Source of the DNA: Candidatus Latescibacterota bacterium
GTDB taxonomy: Bacteria; Latescibacterota; UBA2968; UBA8231
Direction: 5' to 3'
Assembly: GCA_964291625.2 (NCBI GenBank)
Contig: OZ220089.1
Span: 1,504,001-1,568,000, forward strand
Length of the DNA: 64,000 nucleotides
This document shows, one piece after another, positions 52,369-64,000 of the stretch (its first letter is position 1; each line of letters begins with the position of its first letter). The notes beneath the pieces were generated by a model. That model had not been told where the DNA came from and ran no database searches. It worked only from the letters and a program-made list of their open reading frames with translations. Position numbers and translations under genes: made by a program.

Positions 52369-53489
52369 GTGCCTACCTGCACAGTTCAGCGTATGTATCA
52401 TGAAGCTCCGTAGGGACGACGTTCCGCTTCTTCCACTCGAAGGGCTGCGCCGTCGAGTTGTAGGCGGCGATGAAGGCGTCGATGGCTTGGCGCAGTTGCC
52501 GGGGCGAGGTGAAGCTGGCCCCCTGCAAGGCGCGGCGGGTGAGGATGCTGAACCAGATCTCGATCTGATTCAGCCAGCAGGCGTTGGTGGGCGTGTAGTG
52601 GAAGTGCACGTTGGGATGACGGGCCCGCCATCGGTCGCGTTTGGGCTTGTGGGTGTTCAGGTTGTCCAGGATCACGTGAATGGCCTGGTGGGGCGAATAC
52701 TCTCGGACCAGGTCGTTCATGAAGTCGAGGAACTCCCGGCGCCGTCGTCGCTTTGCGTGGCCAGCCTGGATGCGCCCCGTGGCGACCTCGAGGGCGGCGA
52801 ACAAGGTCGTGGTGCCGTGGCGTTGATAGCGATGGCTGGCGCCGCTCATGGCCTGGCCATTGGGCAACCGCAGATACCCCTGGGCTCGTTCCAAGGCCTG
52901 GATGGAAGGCTTTTCGTCGACGCACAGCACCACGGCGTTCTCCGGCGGGTCGAGGTACAACCCCACGACATCGGCAGCCTTGGCCGAAAACTCCGGGTCC
53001 GTGCTCACCTCATGGGACCGTCGCCGCTGCAGATGGATGCCATGCTGACGCAGCACCCTCCACACGTGATCGTCCGACACGTCGCCCATGGCCTCGGCCA
53101 CCAGCGTCCCGGTCCAGGTCGCGTGCCCCTCCGGCGGCGGTTGGGACACCACGTCGAGGATGCGCTGCTCGGTTTCCTCGTCATACCGCCTCGGCGGACC
53201 CGGCCTCGGCGCGTCCTGCAACCCGTCCAGGCCGTGCGCGGCAAAGCGCGTCCGCCACTTGCTCACCGTGCCGGGGCGCAGCTCCAGCCGGTGGGCGATG
53301 GCCGCCGACGCCTCGCCGGCCGCCGCGGCCAGAATGATGCGCGCCCGCAAGGCGAGCCGCTGTTCCGTGGTCCCCGATCGCGCCCATTGCGACAGCGTGG
53401 CGCGATCCTCTTCCGTCAACAAAATCTGGGTCGCGGGCCGTGGCATGCCCCCAAGATACGTTATGACGATAACTCGTACAAGTGAGCAC
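52369..53489 (-). mobile_element. IS630-family IS
   Basis: cTAg at both ends; TIRs GTGCCTACCTGCAC / GTGCTCACTTGTAC. Confidence 0.9.
52373..53446 (-). CDS. IS630 transposase
   Basis: D.PRPG.P, CVDEK, DNLNTHK, WLNQIEIWF. Confidence 0.93.
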   Translation of the reverse strand: MPRPATQILLTEEDRATLSQWARSGTTEQRLALRARIILAAAAGEASAAIAHRLELRPGTVSKWRTRFAAHGLDGLQDAPRPGPPRRYDEETEQRILDVVSQPPPEGHATWTGTLVAEAMGDVSDDHVWRVLRQHGIHLQRRRSHEVSTDPEFSAKAADVVGLYLDPPENAVVLCVDEKPSIQALERAQGYLRLPNGQAMSGASHRYQRHGTTTLFAALEVATGRIQAGHAKRRRRREFLDFMNDLVREYSPHQAIHVILDNLNTHKPKRDRWRARHPNVHFHYTPTNACWLNQIEIWFSILTRRALQGASFTSPRQLRQAIDAFIAAYNSTAQPFEWKKRNVVPTELHDTYAELCR

Positions 53490-53563
53490 TAGGATCCACC
53501 TGCACAAAGTGGCTACCCGGCCCTTTCAGCCTTGTAGGTCACCTTGGCCAGCAGAGATCGCCA

Positions 53564-53762
53564 ACCAGCGCCACCTTCCCGAACCTAAGGCTCCGCGAAC
53601 AAATAAACGAGTCATAAGTCGAGGTTCTGCCGACCGAAGGGCGCCCCGCAGTAGTTCAGTTGATTCGTGACAAAGCCTAACCTGGTCCCCCGCGACCAGC
53701 CTCCACAGATAGACCCGTGGCGATCTCTTGGCCGTTTCGGGGTTCCGTCCCACTCCTTGGCG
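53564..53762 (-). pseudogene. Decayed copy of the giant gene's 3' end (FlgD-Ig), interrupted by the MITE
   Basis: Aligns with 53979-54087 after MITE removal (KEWDG...YLWRLVAGDQVRFGKVAL). Confidence 0.85.
53589..53677. mobile_element. 89-bp MITE, copy 2
   Basis: Reverse complement of 22963-23051 (one substitution seen); TAA TSD. Confidence 0.88.
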
Positions 53763-53842
53763 GCGAGGGGTTCTTTCGGTGGGGATGGTCTCATAGATTG
53801 AGGGCGGGGCCGCGATGGATCCACGGCCCCGGCCAAGTGGGT

Positions 53843-53918
53843 GAGGGTGTAGCTCAAAAGGATGGAGCAGCCGTTTTACGCAGAGGCAGGGTTGCGGGTT
53901 CGAGTCCCGCCACCCTCA
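53843..53918 (+). tRNA. tRNA-like element (Val-TAC-like, aberrant anticodon arm)
   Basis: Acceptor GAGGGTG/CACCCTC, D stem GCTC/GAGC, T arm GCGGG-TTCGAGT-CCCGC; anticodon stem mispaired with extra bases; no encoded CCA. Confidence 0.55.
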
Positions 53919-56619
53919 CCGAACCACAATAGAACGAACTTTCAGAATAGAGTACAATGGTGCACTTGTGTTCAGCGCACCAGCGCCACCTTCCCGAACC
54001 TGACCTGGTCCCCCGCAATCAGCCTCCACAGATAGATCCCTGCGGCGATCTCCTGGCCGTTTCGGGTGCCGTCCCACTGCTTGGCGTAGACGCCCGCGGG
54101 GACGTCGGGATCGGCCACCAGGGTGGCGATCGCCTGCCCTGAGAGGTTGTAGATGACCAAGCTGACCGGGCCGTCCTCGGGCAGTTGGTAGTAGAACATG
54201 GTCGTCGGGTTGAACGGATTGGGGGCCGCATAGATGGCGAGCTCGTCAGGGCCTCCCATGGAGACGAGGACCTTCCCGGCTTCGTTGGTGACGCTGTCTC
54301 CTACGTGTGCAGGGACCGTGTACTCTGCGTACGGCCCCCACCCGATGCTGTTCTTGGCTTTGACCCGGAAGGTGTAGGTGATTCCGGCCAGGATCCCTGT
54401 GGCGGTGAAATTCCTGTCTCCGTTCGTGTGGGTGTCGTTGTTCCAGATCTGGCCGACCTTCCGATTCCAGATGTAGTCTGTGATCGAGGCCCCGTTGTCG
54501 TCAGGCTCGTCCCACTCGATGCGCACGGACCCGGTGATCGGCCGGCGGTAACTGAATCCACTGGGCGCGTCGGGATTGCCCGCTGGGGTGGCGGAGTCCG
54601 TCGAGGGCGGTCCAAACCCTGCGGGGTTGTGTGCCCGGACCTGGAAGTAGTAGAGGGTGCCGTTGGTGAGCCCTTCGATGGTCTTGGTTCGCGAGGTGAC
54701 TCTGCTATAGGCGGTGTACGACCCGCCATCGACCTTGAACCGATAGTTGTAGCGGTCGATGTTGGCTCCCTGGTCGTCCGCCGCATCCCACGTCAGGGTG
54801 ACCTTTGCGTCTCCGCGAGAGGCGTTCAGATTTGGCGGAGGCAGGGGTTTCTTGGCGCTGACCACGCTCGTAGTGGTGGCCGAGGCATACTTCCCGTCTC
54901 CATGGCCGTCCGAGTATTCCCTGGAGGCTCTCAGGAACTTGCCGACGAGATACTTGGAAGAGATGGTGAGGGTCCGGCCGTCACTGGAGAGTGCGAAGTC
55001 ATGGTCATCCAAGGCTGTGCCTTGTGACGAACTGGAACTGGTGGTGGACCACTCCCAGTTCGCCTCGAATCCAAGGTCTCCGTCCGGGTCCGAGAGCAAC
55101 GCGGTGACGGAGTCTCCCCATTTCGGGGCGTTGTTGGACAAGGTGACGGTGCCGTCCTCGTCTACGTTTTCAATGGTGATGGCGGTCGTGTGGCTGTCGG
55201 ATGCGCCGCTGGCATCCGTTGCGGTGACTTGGAGGGAGTAGGACTTCTTGGCTTCGTAGTTGGGGCTGATCGCGAACGTCACCCTGCGAGTGTTGTCGGT
55301 GGCTCCCGCCGAGTGGCTGAAGATGGCCCCGTCGCTCACAGACCAGGTGATGGTGTCATCGGGGAGATCGTCATCCGAGACGGTATAGACTCCAACGAAC
55401 TGCTTGGAGGTATTCTCCGGGACAGATACCTGAGTCCGACCTGACACCTCGGGCTCATCGTTGGCAGGAATAGTTGCCGTGCTTGTGACAGAGGACCCGC
55501 TGCCGATGGCGTTGACGGCCCTGACCTCGAACTTGTATTCCGTGCCGGCCAAGAGGCCGGAGGCCGTCGCGGTGCGAGCGGTCTTGAACGTCCATGGAGA
55601 CCAAGTTCCACCGGACAAATTCACCCTGTATCGGTATTGATACCTGGCCACCGCCGACCCGCAGTCACTGGACGGGGCGTCCCAAGTCCATGTCATGCTC
55701 TTTGTCCCGACGCTCCCGGAGAGGTTCCTCGGAGGCATCGGGACGCTGGCCAAGACAGTGCCCGTCGAAACCGTAAGGGTGTTGTCGGCGGCGGCGTTGT
55801 CTTCATACTCGGCGATGACGGAGATCTTCTGTCCTACACGCGAGGAAGGGATCGAGCGAGTAACGGTCGCCGAGGTCTCCGACAATTCGACCCCGTCCCA
55901 CGTCCAGCCGTGATCGTCATCCGACATGTCGATCCCCCCGTCAGGATCCGTGAGGGTGGCTTGGAGGCTGGAGCAAACGCGAGGGGCACTGCTGTTGAAG
56001 GTGATGGACCCTGTCTCGATCTCGTTGGTGACCCTGACCGTCCGATTGGCCGTGCCGGTCACTTCGCCGTCGCTGACTTGGATCTTGACGGAGTAGATGT
56101 GCTTCGACTCGTAGTTGGGAGCCGACTTGAACTCCAGAGTCCTCCGGTCGCTGTGACCCGCCACGGCCTCCAGATCGAAGGAACTGCCATCCGTCCCGCC
56201 CGGAGACCACGTCAGGTCCCCGCAGTAGGAGTTGGCCCCCACCTCGTAGGTCCCCGCCGACTGCGTGGTGTTCTCAGGGACGTCCTGCTTGGTGTCCGGA
56301 ACCTCGTCCACGGTGATGACGCAATCGGTGGCGATGACGGGCGAGTTCGTCGTCTTCCGGACCGTGTGATTGCCATACTCGTCGTTGTAGTTGACCGTCA
56401 CTTTGAGATGGGATCCCACGTCCCCTGAGGTGGGGGTGTAGGTGTCGGTGGCGCTCAAAGAGGGGGTGGTGGTCCTGGCGGAGTTCTCATCACTACTGGA
56501 GGCCCCGACACGATCCCACCTCCATGTGTGCTGACGGTGGTTGTCCTCATCGATCAAGGTGGCCGTCACCGTCTGGCCTTTGACCGGCGGATCCGGAGAG
56601 ATGCCCAGCACCCCTGGCC

Positions 56620-57560
56620 CGTTGGGTTTACGCACCACGATGCCTGTAGTCCCGGTGGCGGTCTGTTCCCCGTCGTCATCGTCGTACGTGGCCGTCACCT
56701 TCAGCTTTTTGCCCACGTCATCTTTGACAGGGGTGTACGTTGAAGTGCCGTCGGTTGCATCTAGGGACGTCAGGGTGGTCTCAGTGGACCCGTCCACTCT
56801 CACCCAATCCCCCCAAGAGATGTCGGAAACGCCATCGTCGTCGGCCACGGAGGCCGTCACAGCCTTCGTCTGCTGAGGCACGCCGGCGGGATCGCTCTGC
56901 GCGAAGGTGAAACTGACCTCGCCCGGGGTGTTGGTGCTCGGAGCAGTGGGCTTCGCTACCACGGTGCCAGTGGTCCCGGTGGCGGTCTGCTCTCCGTCGT
57001 CATCGTCGTACGTGGCTGTCACCTTCAACTTCTTGCCCACGTCCGCCGCGACAGGCGTATACGTGGCGTCGCCGTCGGTCGCATCCGTAGACGTCAGGGT
57101 TGTCTCGGTGGCGCCGTCCACCCGCACCCAATCCCCCCAAGTGACATCGGACGTGCCATCGTCGTCGGCCACGGAGGCCGTCACCGTCTTCGTCTCCTGA
57201 GGCACGTCGGCGGGATCGGTCTGAGCGAAGGTGAAACTGACCTCGCCGGGGGCGTTCGGCTTTGTCACCACGGTGCCTGTGGTCCCCGTAGCGGTTTGCT
57301 CCCCGTCGTCATCGTCGTACGTAGCTGTCACCTTCAGTTTCTTGCCTACGTCGTCCGCGACAGGGGTGTACGTCGCGTTGCCGTCGGTTGCATCCGTGGA
57401 GGTCAGGGTGGTCTCGGTGGTCCCGTCCACCCGCACCCAATCCCCCCAAGTGACGCTGGACACGCCGTCATCGTCGCTCACGGAGGCCGTCACAACCTTG
57501 GTCTTCTGAGGCACGCCAGCCGGGTCGGTCTGCTCAAAGGTGAAACTGACCTCGCCGGGG
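56620..57560 (-). repeat. Three tandem ~103-108 aa Ig-like repeats
   Basis: PGEVSFTF.Q.DP...WGDWVRVDG...TYTPV..DVGKKLKVTATYDDDDGEQTATG x3; spacing 309 and 324 bp. Confidence 0.9.
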
Positions 57561-60500
57561 CTATTGGTGCCCGGAGAGACCGGAGCCGCCAACACGACGC
57601 CTGAAGTCTGGCTGATGGTGTGCGAACCGAAATTGTCGGTATAGGTCACGGTGGCTTTGATCATGTCACCGACATCATCCTCGTCCACCTGGTAGGTGTT
57701 GCCGTCCCCGGTCAGTGTCACCGGGTCGCTGCCCGTAACGATCTTCTGCCATGTCCATGCAGGAGCCGGACTGGTATCCTCGACGGTGTCGTCTTCCTCC
57801 AAGGTGGCGGTGAGGGTCTTGGTGGCCACCGGAGGGTCTGGCGACAAGGTGACGGACCCTGGCCTGTCTTTGATGACGATCTCCGACGTTACGCTGGCCG
57901 AAGTACTCCCATGGTTATCCGTGTAGGTCACCGAGGACCTGACTCTATGGCCGACATCCTCCTCGACCACCTCGTAGGTGTTGCCGTCGCCTGTCAACAC
58001 GGTGGGCCTCACATCTCGACCCACGAGTATCCGTTCCCAAGTCCAGTTTGGAGCTGGGTCATCCTCCTCAACGGTGTCGTCGTCATGCAAGGTGGCCGTG
58101 AGCGTATGGCCCTTCTTGGGCGGATTCGGGTCCAGCGTCACCGTGCCGGGACTGTTCGGGTCCTCTTCCAGCACAGCCAGGGTGGTGCCTGTAGCCGTCT
58201 GCTCCCCGAAGAAATCCGTGTAGGTTACGCTCCACTTCAACTGGGCATCGACATCCGCCGTCTTCGCTGTGTACGAGAACTGCCGACTCGTTCGGTCGGC
58301 ATCCTCCAACGGGACCGACACCTCGTCCCCGGAATCTGGCACACGTGTCAATGTCCAAGTGGGACCGGGGGGCTTGATGTCCACATTGTTGGGATCAACA
58401 AGGTTCACCGTCAACTTAGTGTCCTTGATGGGAGGATTCGGGTCGAATGTCAATGTGCCGGGCGTATTCGTACCAGTGACAGTGTGAGTATGTATGGCGA
58501 CCGATGGACGGATAATGGGGGAGTTGCGGTGAATCGAATGATCATCTTGGTAGGCTGCGGTGATCACGAGTCTGTTCCCCACGTCCAGAGCCACAGGCGT
58601 ATAGGTTGACGTGGTGGATATAGTGGCGGGCGTATGGGTTGACGTATGGACTCGGTGATTCCCACCAAACACCACTTCCCTCATCCAGGTGAATCTGATG
58701 TCTCTTGCATTGTCCGGATCTGTGAGAGTCACCGTAATGGGTGTGCCTTCTGCGGCTGACCGGTCTCCGCCCGCGAAGGACAGCACGCCATCGGTTGGCT
58801 TGACCAAGGTCAGAGTCACATTGTAGTCGGAAGAGACCTCCGTCTCCGTCCTCACGCTGACCACCAGTTTGTACTCGTTGCTCTCACCGTGGTCGAAGAA
58901 GGGCCTGTCTTCGGTGAACATGAGTTGCCCGTGGTTGTTGATGGCGAACCCTTTCGGACTGTCCACCAGAGACCACGTCCCGTTGGTCACAGGATCTGCC
59001 GACGCATCTGTGGCGGAGTACGTCGCCAGCGCCTCGCCGACGGCATCGTCATTCCAGACATCCGGCTCATCGGGGCCGCTGATGGTGAACGTCTCGGAGC
59101 GAGGCACAGTGAAGGAATCCGAGGCCAAGGAGCTCATCCAGTAATCGTCCCGGTCTACGGACGAATACCCTTGATCACGGTCACTATTGCACTCGGACAG
59201 CCGATCGGCGCGGCACATGCCCACTTCCAACTCGAAGGTATACGTGCGCCCCTTGCTGATAGGCCACTTGAGCAAGGCTCCGTTCGTTTGCCAAATCCGG
59301 TAGATATTGTCAGAGTAGAAATGGACATCCTTCTTCTTCCACTGCGAAGCACTCCCCCTGTGCCATTGCAGGTCTTCCCCTTCGAGGGTTACAGACCATA
59401 CTCGATACAGGATCATCCGGGCTCGGGATGAGCCGTCCGTCCCTACGGAGGCCCGCACCTGCCCTTCCGTCCCCGATGTCTTGACAAAGCGGATATTGCC
59501 AGGCCCTGGCCCCGAGTCGTCGGTGGTGGCCTCCGAAACGCGGATGTCCACATCCTGAGTGGCCGTCGCGGTGACAGCCCCCGACTTGCTCGCCGTCGCC
59601 TTGACGGTGACGTCGTAGGAGTTGTCGCCGTCGTCGTCGTACTCAGGGGATTCGCGGAACGTCAGTACGCCTTGGCTCAAGGCGAAATCCCCACTGTCGT
59701 CTCCCTCCTTGGTCCATAAGAGAGATCCGAAGGCGGCGGCGTCAGACAGCTCGGGTTTGGCACTGTAGGACCCGAGGATGGTGGTCGTCGGGGCTCCCTC
59801 TTGGACGGTGAGAGCCCGGTTGCCGGTGAACATGCCACAGTCCTCGAACGCCACAGCCGTAGGCGTGATGGACGCATCCGTATCGCCGCTGTTGTAGCAG
59901 TACTCGCCCGCTTGCAGGGTCGTGCTGGCCAGCGAGACCGTCCCCTTGTTGTAGATCCCATACCACCCCGGGTCTTGCGGGTCCACTTTCCGGGGCCGGA
60001 GGGTCGCTGTCTTGACCTTCAGGGTGGACCCCTTCTGCACGACGATCTCAGCCAGGTCCGGGGAGTTGCCTACGTCTTCCAGGTCGGTGTTGTTCTTGAA
60101 CTCGATCTCCGATGAAGAGTCCATGATGAGGGTGGCCTCGGGGCGATCCGAGTCACTGGCGGATGGATCTCCCACCGATATGTCGGCACTGGCGACCGCC
60201 TTCCCCTTGAAGGTGTGCTGCCCTTGGGCGATGGTCAGCCCTTCCATGTTGACAGTGCCGCCGGACTGGATGACCAAGCCGTGCTCTTCGTCGCCGGCCT
60301 CGGCTTCTCTGCCTGTCTCCAGCGCGGATCGAAAGACGACGCCCTTGCGAATGTTCAGACTCCCTTCATTGGCGACGATGATATCGGAGCGCTTGTTCCC
60401 ATTGCCATCCAAGGTGACCGGCTCCAAGAAGTAGACGACGGCATCTTCCTCGATCGTCAAGGTGGCCCCGCTCTGGATGGTCAGATCGCCGCCGATATAG

Positions 60501-60787
60501 ACGTCGCCTTCGGCGGAGTAGTCGGAGACCGTCTCGGATCCATGGACTTGCTCCTCGATGTCTCCGATCCAGTGATTGACGAAGATGTTGACTTGGGCTT
60601 GGCCCGTCGCAGCGTCATCCGCATCCGGGATCATCCGGATGCGTCGAATGGCTACCCTCGAAGGAGGGAAGTCCTCTCGGTTCTCCGCGTCCAGCAGGTG
60701 ATTGCTGTCGTCGATGTTCCGCACGTCTGGCCGAAGTTCCGGCATCGGGAGGGTGACCCCCGAGGGAAGACCATTGTCATCAATAAA

Positions 60788-62327
60788 GGGTGTAGCCCCC
60801 GTTTTACGCAGCCCTCTTGAAGGTTTGTTGCAGGTACCAGTTCCAGAAGGCTTCCCATCGATGGGATAGCACTTGGGCTCGCAGATTGAGGATCCGCTGG
60901 CCTCCTTGGCGGGTCCAGCGCATGCCGCTGCGTTTGAGGCGATGGCCGACGAGCGTTTTGGCGGCGGCTTCCACGGGACCACTGGAGAGGATCAGCCCGG
61001 CCTCCCGATAGCCTGCGTAGTCCATCTTGTCCCGGTTGTTTCGGAAGTAACCCAACTCGGTGGTCACCGCGCGATGCCGTTCGGAGCCCTCTCGCAGTTT
61101 GCGGCGATGGTAGGCCAGGGAGCGGATCAGGCCCTGCACGGCCCCGGGCTCATGCCTCAGTTTGTGCCGCCAGGACCGGTACCAGCGGCGGGCTTGGGCC
61201 GATAGCTTGCCGAAGAGATGCTCAGCGGCCTTCGACAGGTGCTGGGTCGCGTGATAGAAGTCGAGAATGCGGGTGAAGCCGTCGAACACCGGTTGCCGGT
61301 CCACGGTGCGCCAGATTTCGCGCTGGCCGTCGGCCAACACCACCCGGTGCTCATAGGCCCCCTGCTGTACGGCCTGGGTCGTCTGCTCCACCAAGTTGTG
61401 GACCAGGGTCTTCATCTTGGGCTCCGGCATGCGCGCGGCATAGCGCACATCGACGCGCTGCGGCTCGTCCCCGGTCTGCAGCGGGGTCTGATAGGTGGCG
61501 ACCATCCCTACCCCGGCCTCCTTCCAGGCGGTGGGCGCGGGGTCGCGGTCGGGGTCCGTCGGTCGCTCGGCGGGCCGTCCGCGCTTGGGCGCCGGTTCCC
61601 GCAGGGGCACGTGGACGCCGTCCCAACTGACCACCAAGGTGTCGGCCTCGGCCTTCAGCGGCGCCGCGTCCTGCAAGGCCAGCTCCAGCTGCTCGGCGTG
61701 GTCTTCGGCATACTGCCCGACGGTGGTCAACAGATGCTGAATGGCGGTGCGCGACGGCGGCTCCGGCAGCAGCTCGGTCAAGGTGGTCTCGACTTCGGAC
61801 GGGACCAGTTGGGCGCCCAGCAGGACCGTGACCCGCTCCAGGGCCGGCACCATGAATCGTTGGCTCATGCCGCAGCGTTCATCCAAGGGCACCCAACTGG
61901 GGCCGCCCCGGTCCGGCTGATAGAGCCGACGCGGCACTTGGACCTTGCCCCACAGGGTCATCCACTCCTTGGGGACGTCCTGCTTGAAGCGGTAGATCCG
62001 ACCCTGGTGGACCACGGTGTCGTCGTCGATCTCACAGGCTTGGGCCAGCCGCCGAAATCCCACTCGGCCGATGTCGTCCACCGACCCTCGGAACTGGCGG
62101 ATCATCTGCTCGAACTCCTCCGGTCCGGCCTCCGGCGATTGCAGGCGATGCTCCCACTGGAGGAGATCCTCCTCCAATTTCGTCAGGCGCGCGCGCAGAT
62201 TCTTCGTATCTTCCATCCGGGACCCCTTTCCGGGTTTGGGCGTAAGTCGTTGCACCCAAAGATACATTCGTGCCCGGAGTGGGGGTCCCTCTTTTCTGGA
62301 AGTCTGCGTAAAGTGGAGGCTACACCC
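60788..62327 (-). mobile_element. ISKra4-like IS
   Basis: TIR GGGTGTAGCC; 8-bp TSD TCAATAAA. Confidence 0.9.
60804..62216 (-). CDS. ISKra4-family transposase
   Basis: VPLDE, SWDG, DGQREIW, LDFYHA, SGPVEAA.K, RLKRSGMRW. Confidence 0.88.
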   Translation of the reverse strand: MEDTKNLRARLTKLEEDLLQWEHRLQSPEAGPEEFEQMIRQFRGSVDDIGRVGFRRLAQACEIDDDTVVHQGRIYRFKQDVPKEWMTLWGKVQVPRRLYQPDRGGPSWVPLDERCGMSQRFMVPALERVTVLLGAQLVPSEVETTLTELLPEPPSRTAIQHLLTTVGQYAEDHAEQLELALQDAAPLKAEADTLVVSWDGVHVPLREPAPKRGRPAERPTDPDRDPAPTAWKEAGVGMVATYQTPLQTGDEPQRVDVRYAARMPEPKMKTLVHNLVEQTTQAVQQGAYEHRVVLADGQREIWRTVDRQPVFDGFTRILDFYHATQHLSKAAEHLFGKLSAQARRWYRSWRHKLRHEPGAVQGLIRSLAYHRRKLREGSERHRAVTTELGYFRNNRDKMDYAGYREAGLILSSGPVEAAAKTLVGHRLKRSGMRWTRQGGQRILNLRAQVLSHRWEAFWNWYLQQTFKRAA

Positions 62328-64000
62328 TCAATAAACCCGAAGGGATCGGAGATCTGATCCTGCCAAGTGTAGGTGTAGTCGCTGTCGTCCTCCACCACCG
62401 GTACGTCCGTCCCGGATACAAGGGATGCGCCGATAGGTGTCTCATCGCTTTGAGTCTCTCTGGCGTCTCGTATCCATCGTCCATCGGCGGGAATGAGCCG
62501 AGGGTCGTCCCAGATCACACGCGGGTAATCGATATAGAGCGATCTACCAACATGGTCTTCTTCAAGGACCTCCTTCCAGACCAAGAGGCCGACCATCTTC
62601 TCGAACCGATGCCAGCCGATGTACTGCCCATATTCCTCGGCTGTCACCAAGTCGAGGAAGAACTCCGATGGGAGGGTTGGATGGTCCATGGATCGAATCC
62701 GATAGTAGTTGTCTGGCCCCGGATCAATGGTCCGATCCTGAACGGTCTCTGTGATCAACACTTCGCCGCCACTCCAGCCCAACCATTTGCGATAGACGGC
62801 GTCGAAGTGCACGGGGCAGGACCCATAGGCGTAAACGAACTCATCGTAATCCTCTGTCGTCGTGTGCTGCTTCCATATAGGAGGACCATGCTGGTTGGAT
62901 GCCATGATGCTCCAGTTGCCATGGTATTGAATTCCGTCATCTGTGCCTAGAGTAGTCGCTGTTGTTCCCGTATAGGGATTCAGTGTCGGGGGGTAACCTC
63001 CCCTATAATGATTAAGACCAAGGAGGTGCCCTATCTCATGGACATGAAGACCGATGGCTGCGAATGCGTCCACATCAGTATGCCCGGGGTTCCCTGACCC
63101 TCTCCTCTCTGCCATCACATACCGGTAGCCGTACTTCATCACGTCTGTAGAGGAAGGATCGGTAGTGGTGATTTTCTCGACTCGGGGATGGAGTTGACCC
63201 CTGTCGGCGATCTCGGTTCCCGCATGAAGAAACAGGATCTTGTTGGCCTTGCGGTTGGCAATGGTGTTGCCTCTTGGAAGGGTGTGGCCAGCAGCCACAG
63301 CGGCCAAGTAACAGTGCTCCCAGTACTCCCCCTCCTCTACCTCATAGTACCATCTCGAACGAGGCAATTCGATCCACTCCGGGTACTCCTCATGGTCGTC
63401 CATAGGATCATTGACCACCTCGACCTGCAAGTCAAGGTCTCCACCAGACATCTCATCGTAGTAGTCCTTGACGCTGCCGAACACCTCCGGCAGATCCTCG
63501 TTGCCGTCGGCGACAGTGATGCCGGTGCCCTTGAACGAAGGAGCTCCGGACTCCCCGAAGAGTTTCTGAAAGTCCTCCAAGGTGTACGCGTCATCCCCCG
63601 GCTCCCACTCCCCGTCAGAATTCTTGCTCCAGCCATAAGGAGTGTCATGCTCTGAATGGCCGTGCTTGTCTTTGTCATGGTTCTCGCTGACGTCCTTGAA
63701 CTTGACCAAGACCACGTAGAGCTTCATGGGGCTCGACCAGGTGTGCTGGAGATCGATCCTCTGGGCCATCAGAGGCATCGCTGTGAGAAGAAGAGTAGCC
63801 AGAAGAATGCGCTTCATCGAAACGATCCCTTGCGGTTGGTTGAGAAGCAGGAAACTCTGTCATTTGACGGGTTTCTCAGAATGAGAAAACTGCCCTGCTA
63901 CAACGTCAGTCCTGAGAGAGGTCCGGGAACTGGGAATCCCAGTAGGAAGAGGTCGTCGGAGGTGGGGGAGTCTTCCCGAGACTGAAATCGAAGTCCTCCG

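Larger units (their letters stand above)
53972..63817 (-). pseudogene. Giant secreted M6-like metalloprotease/adhesin (~2765 aa reconstructed), interrupted by ISKra4
   Basis: Signal peptide; VVLVKF.D, GSVKDYY.E.S.G, FLHAG, HEIGHLLGL; cadherin/Ig repeats, 3 Fn3, FlgD-Ig C-terminus; IS removal restores the frame (DPFGFI|DDNGLP). Confidence 0.9.

Noticed and set aside
53564-54087. Diversity-generating retroelement (TR/VR pair) as the explanation for the 3'-end repeats
   Set aside because: Differences are not adenine-specific and include indels, and there is no reverse transcriptase in the window
60788-60982. N-terminus of the 2336-aa ORF as a real start
   Set aside because: It is an alternative frame inside the ISKra4 element; the real N-terminus is at 63817

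Overview
A GC-rich bacterial window. FlgD-Ig C-terminal domains, a C-terminal 'SWGxVK' motif and sulfatase/TonB genes suggest, by inference, an FCB-group organism such as Latescibacterota, possibly a sponge symbiont. The backbone carries eda, a sahR-ahcY operon with its operator, two divergent DUF2089/SHOCT/DUF4097 envelope-stress modules, ggt, a TonB/DMFase-like cluster, an ECF sigma operon and a sulfatase cluster. Three accessory blocks interrupt it. (i) A zinc-limitation island at about 3.3-10.1 kb. (ii) A 13.8 kb block with a shattered giant surface-protein gene, nested IS elements and an operon of two secreted Cys-rich paralogues predicted to start with His-Gly after signal cleavage. (iii) A right-hand block with a ~2765-aa M6-like metalloprotease/adhesin split by one ISKra4 element. 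Three inserts are each bracketed by an intact and a decayed copy of the 3' end of the adjacent gene, with no integrase present. The best novelty candidates are the His-brace-like protein pair, this 3'-end-duplication pattern, a candidate DUF2089 operator, an 89-bp ISAzo13-linked MITE and a tRNA-like element. All calls come from reading the sequence and ORF track by eye; no database searches were run.
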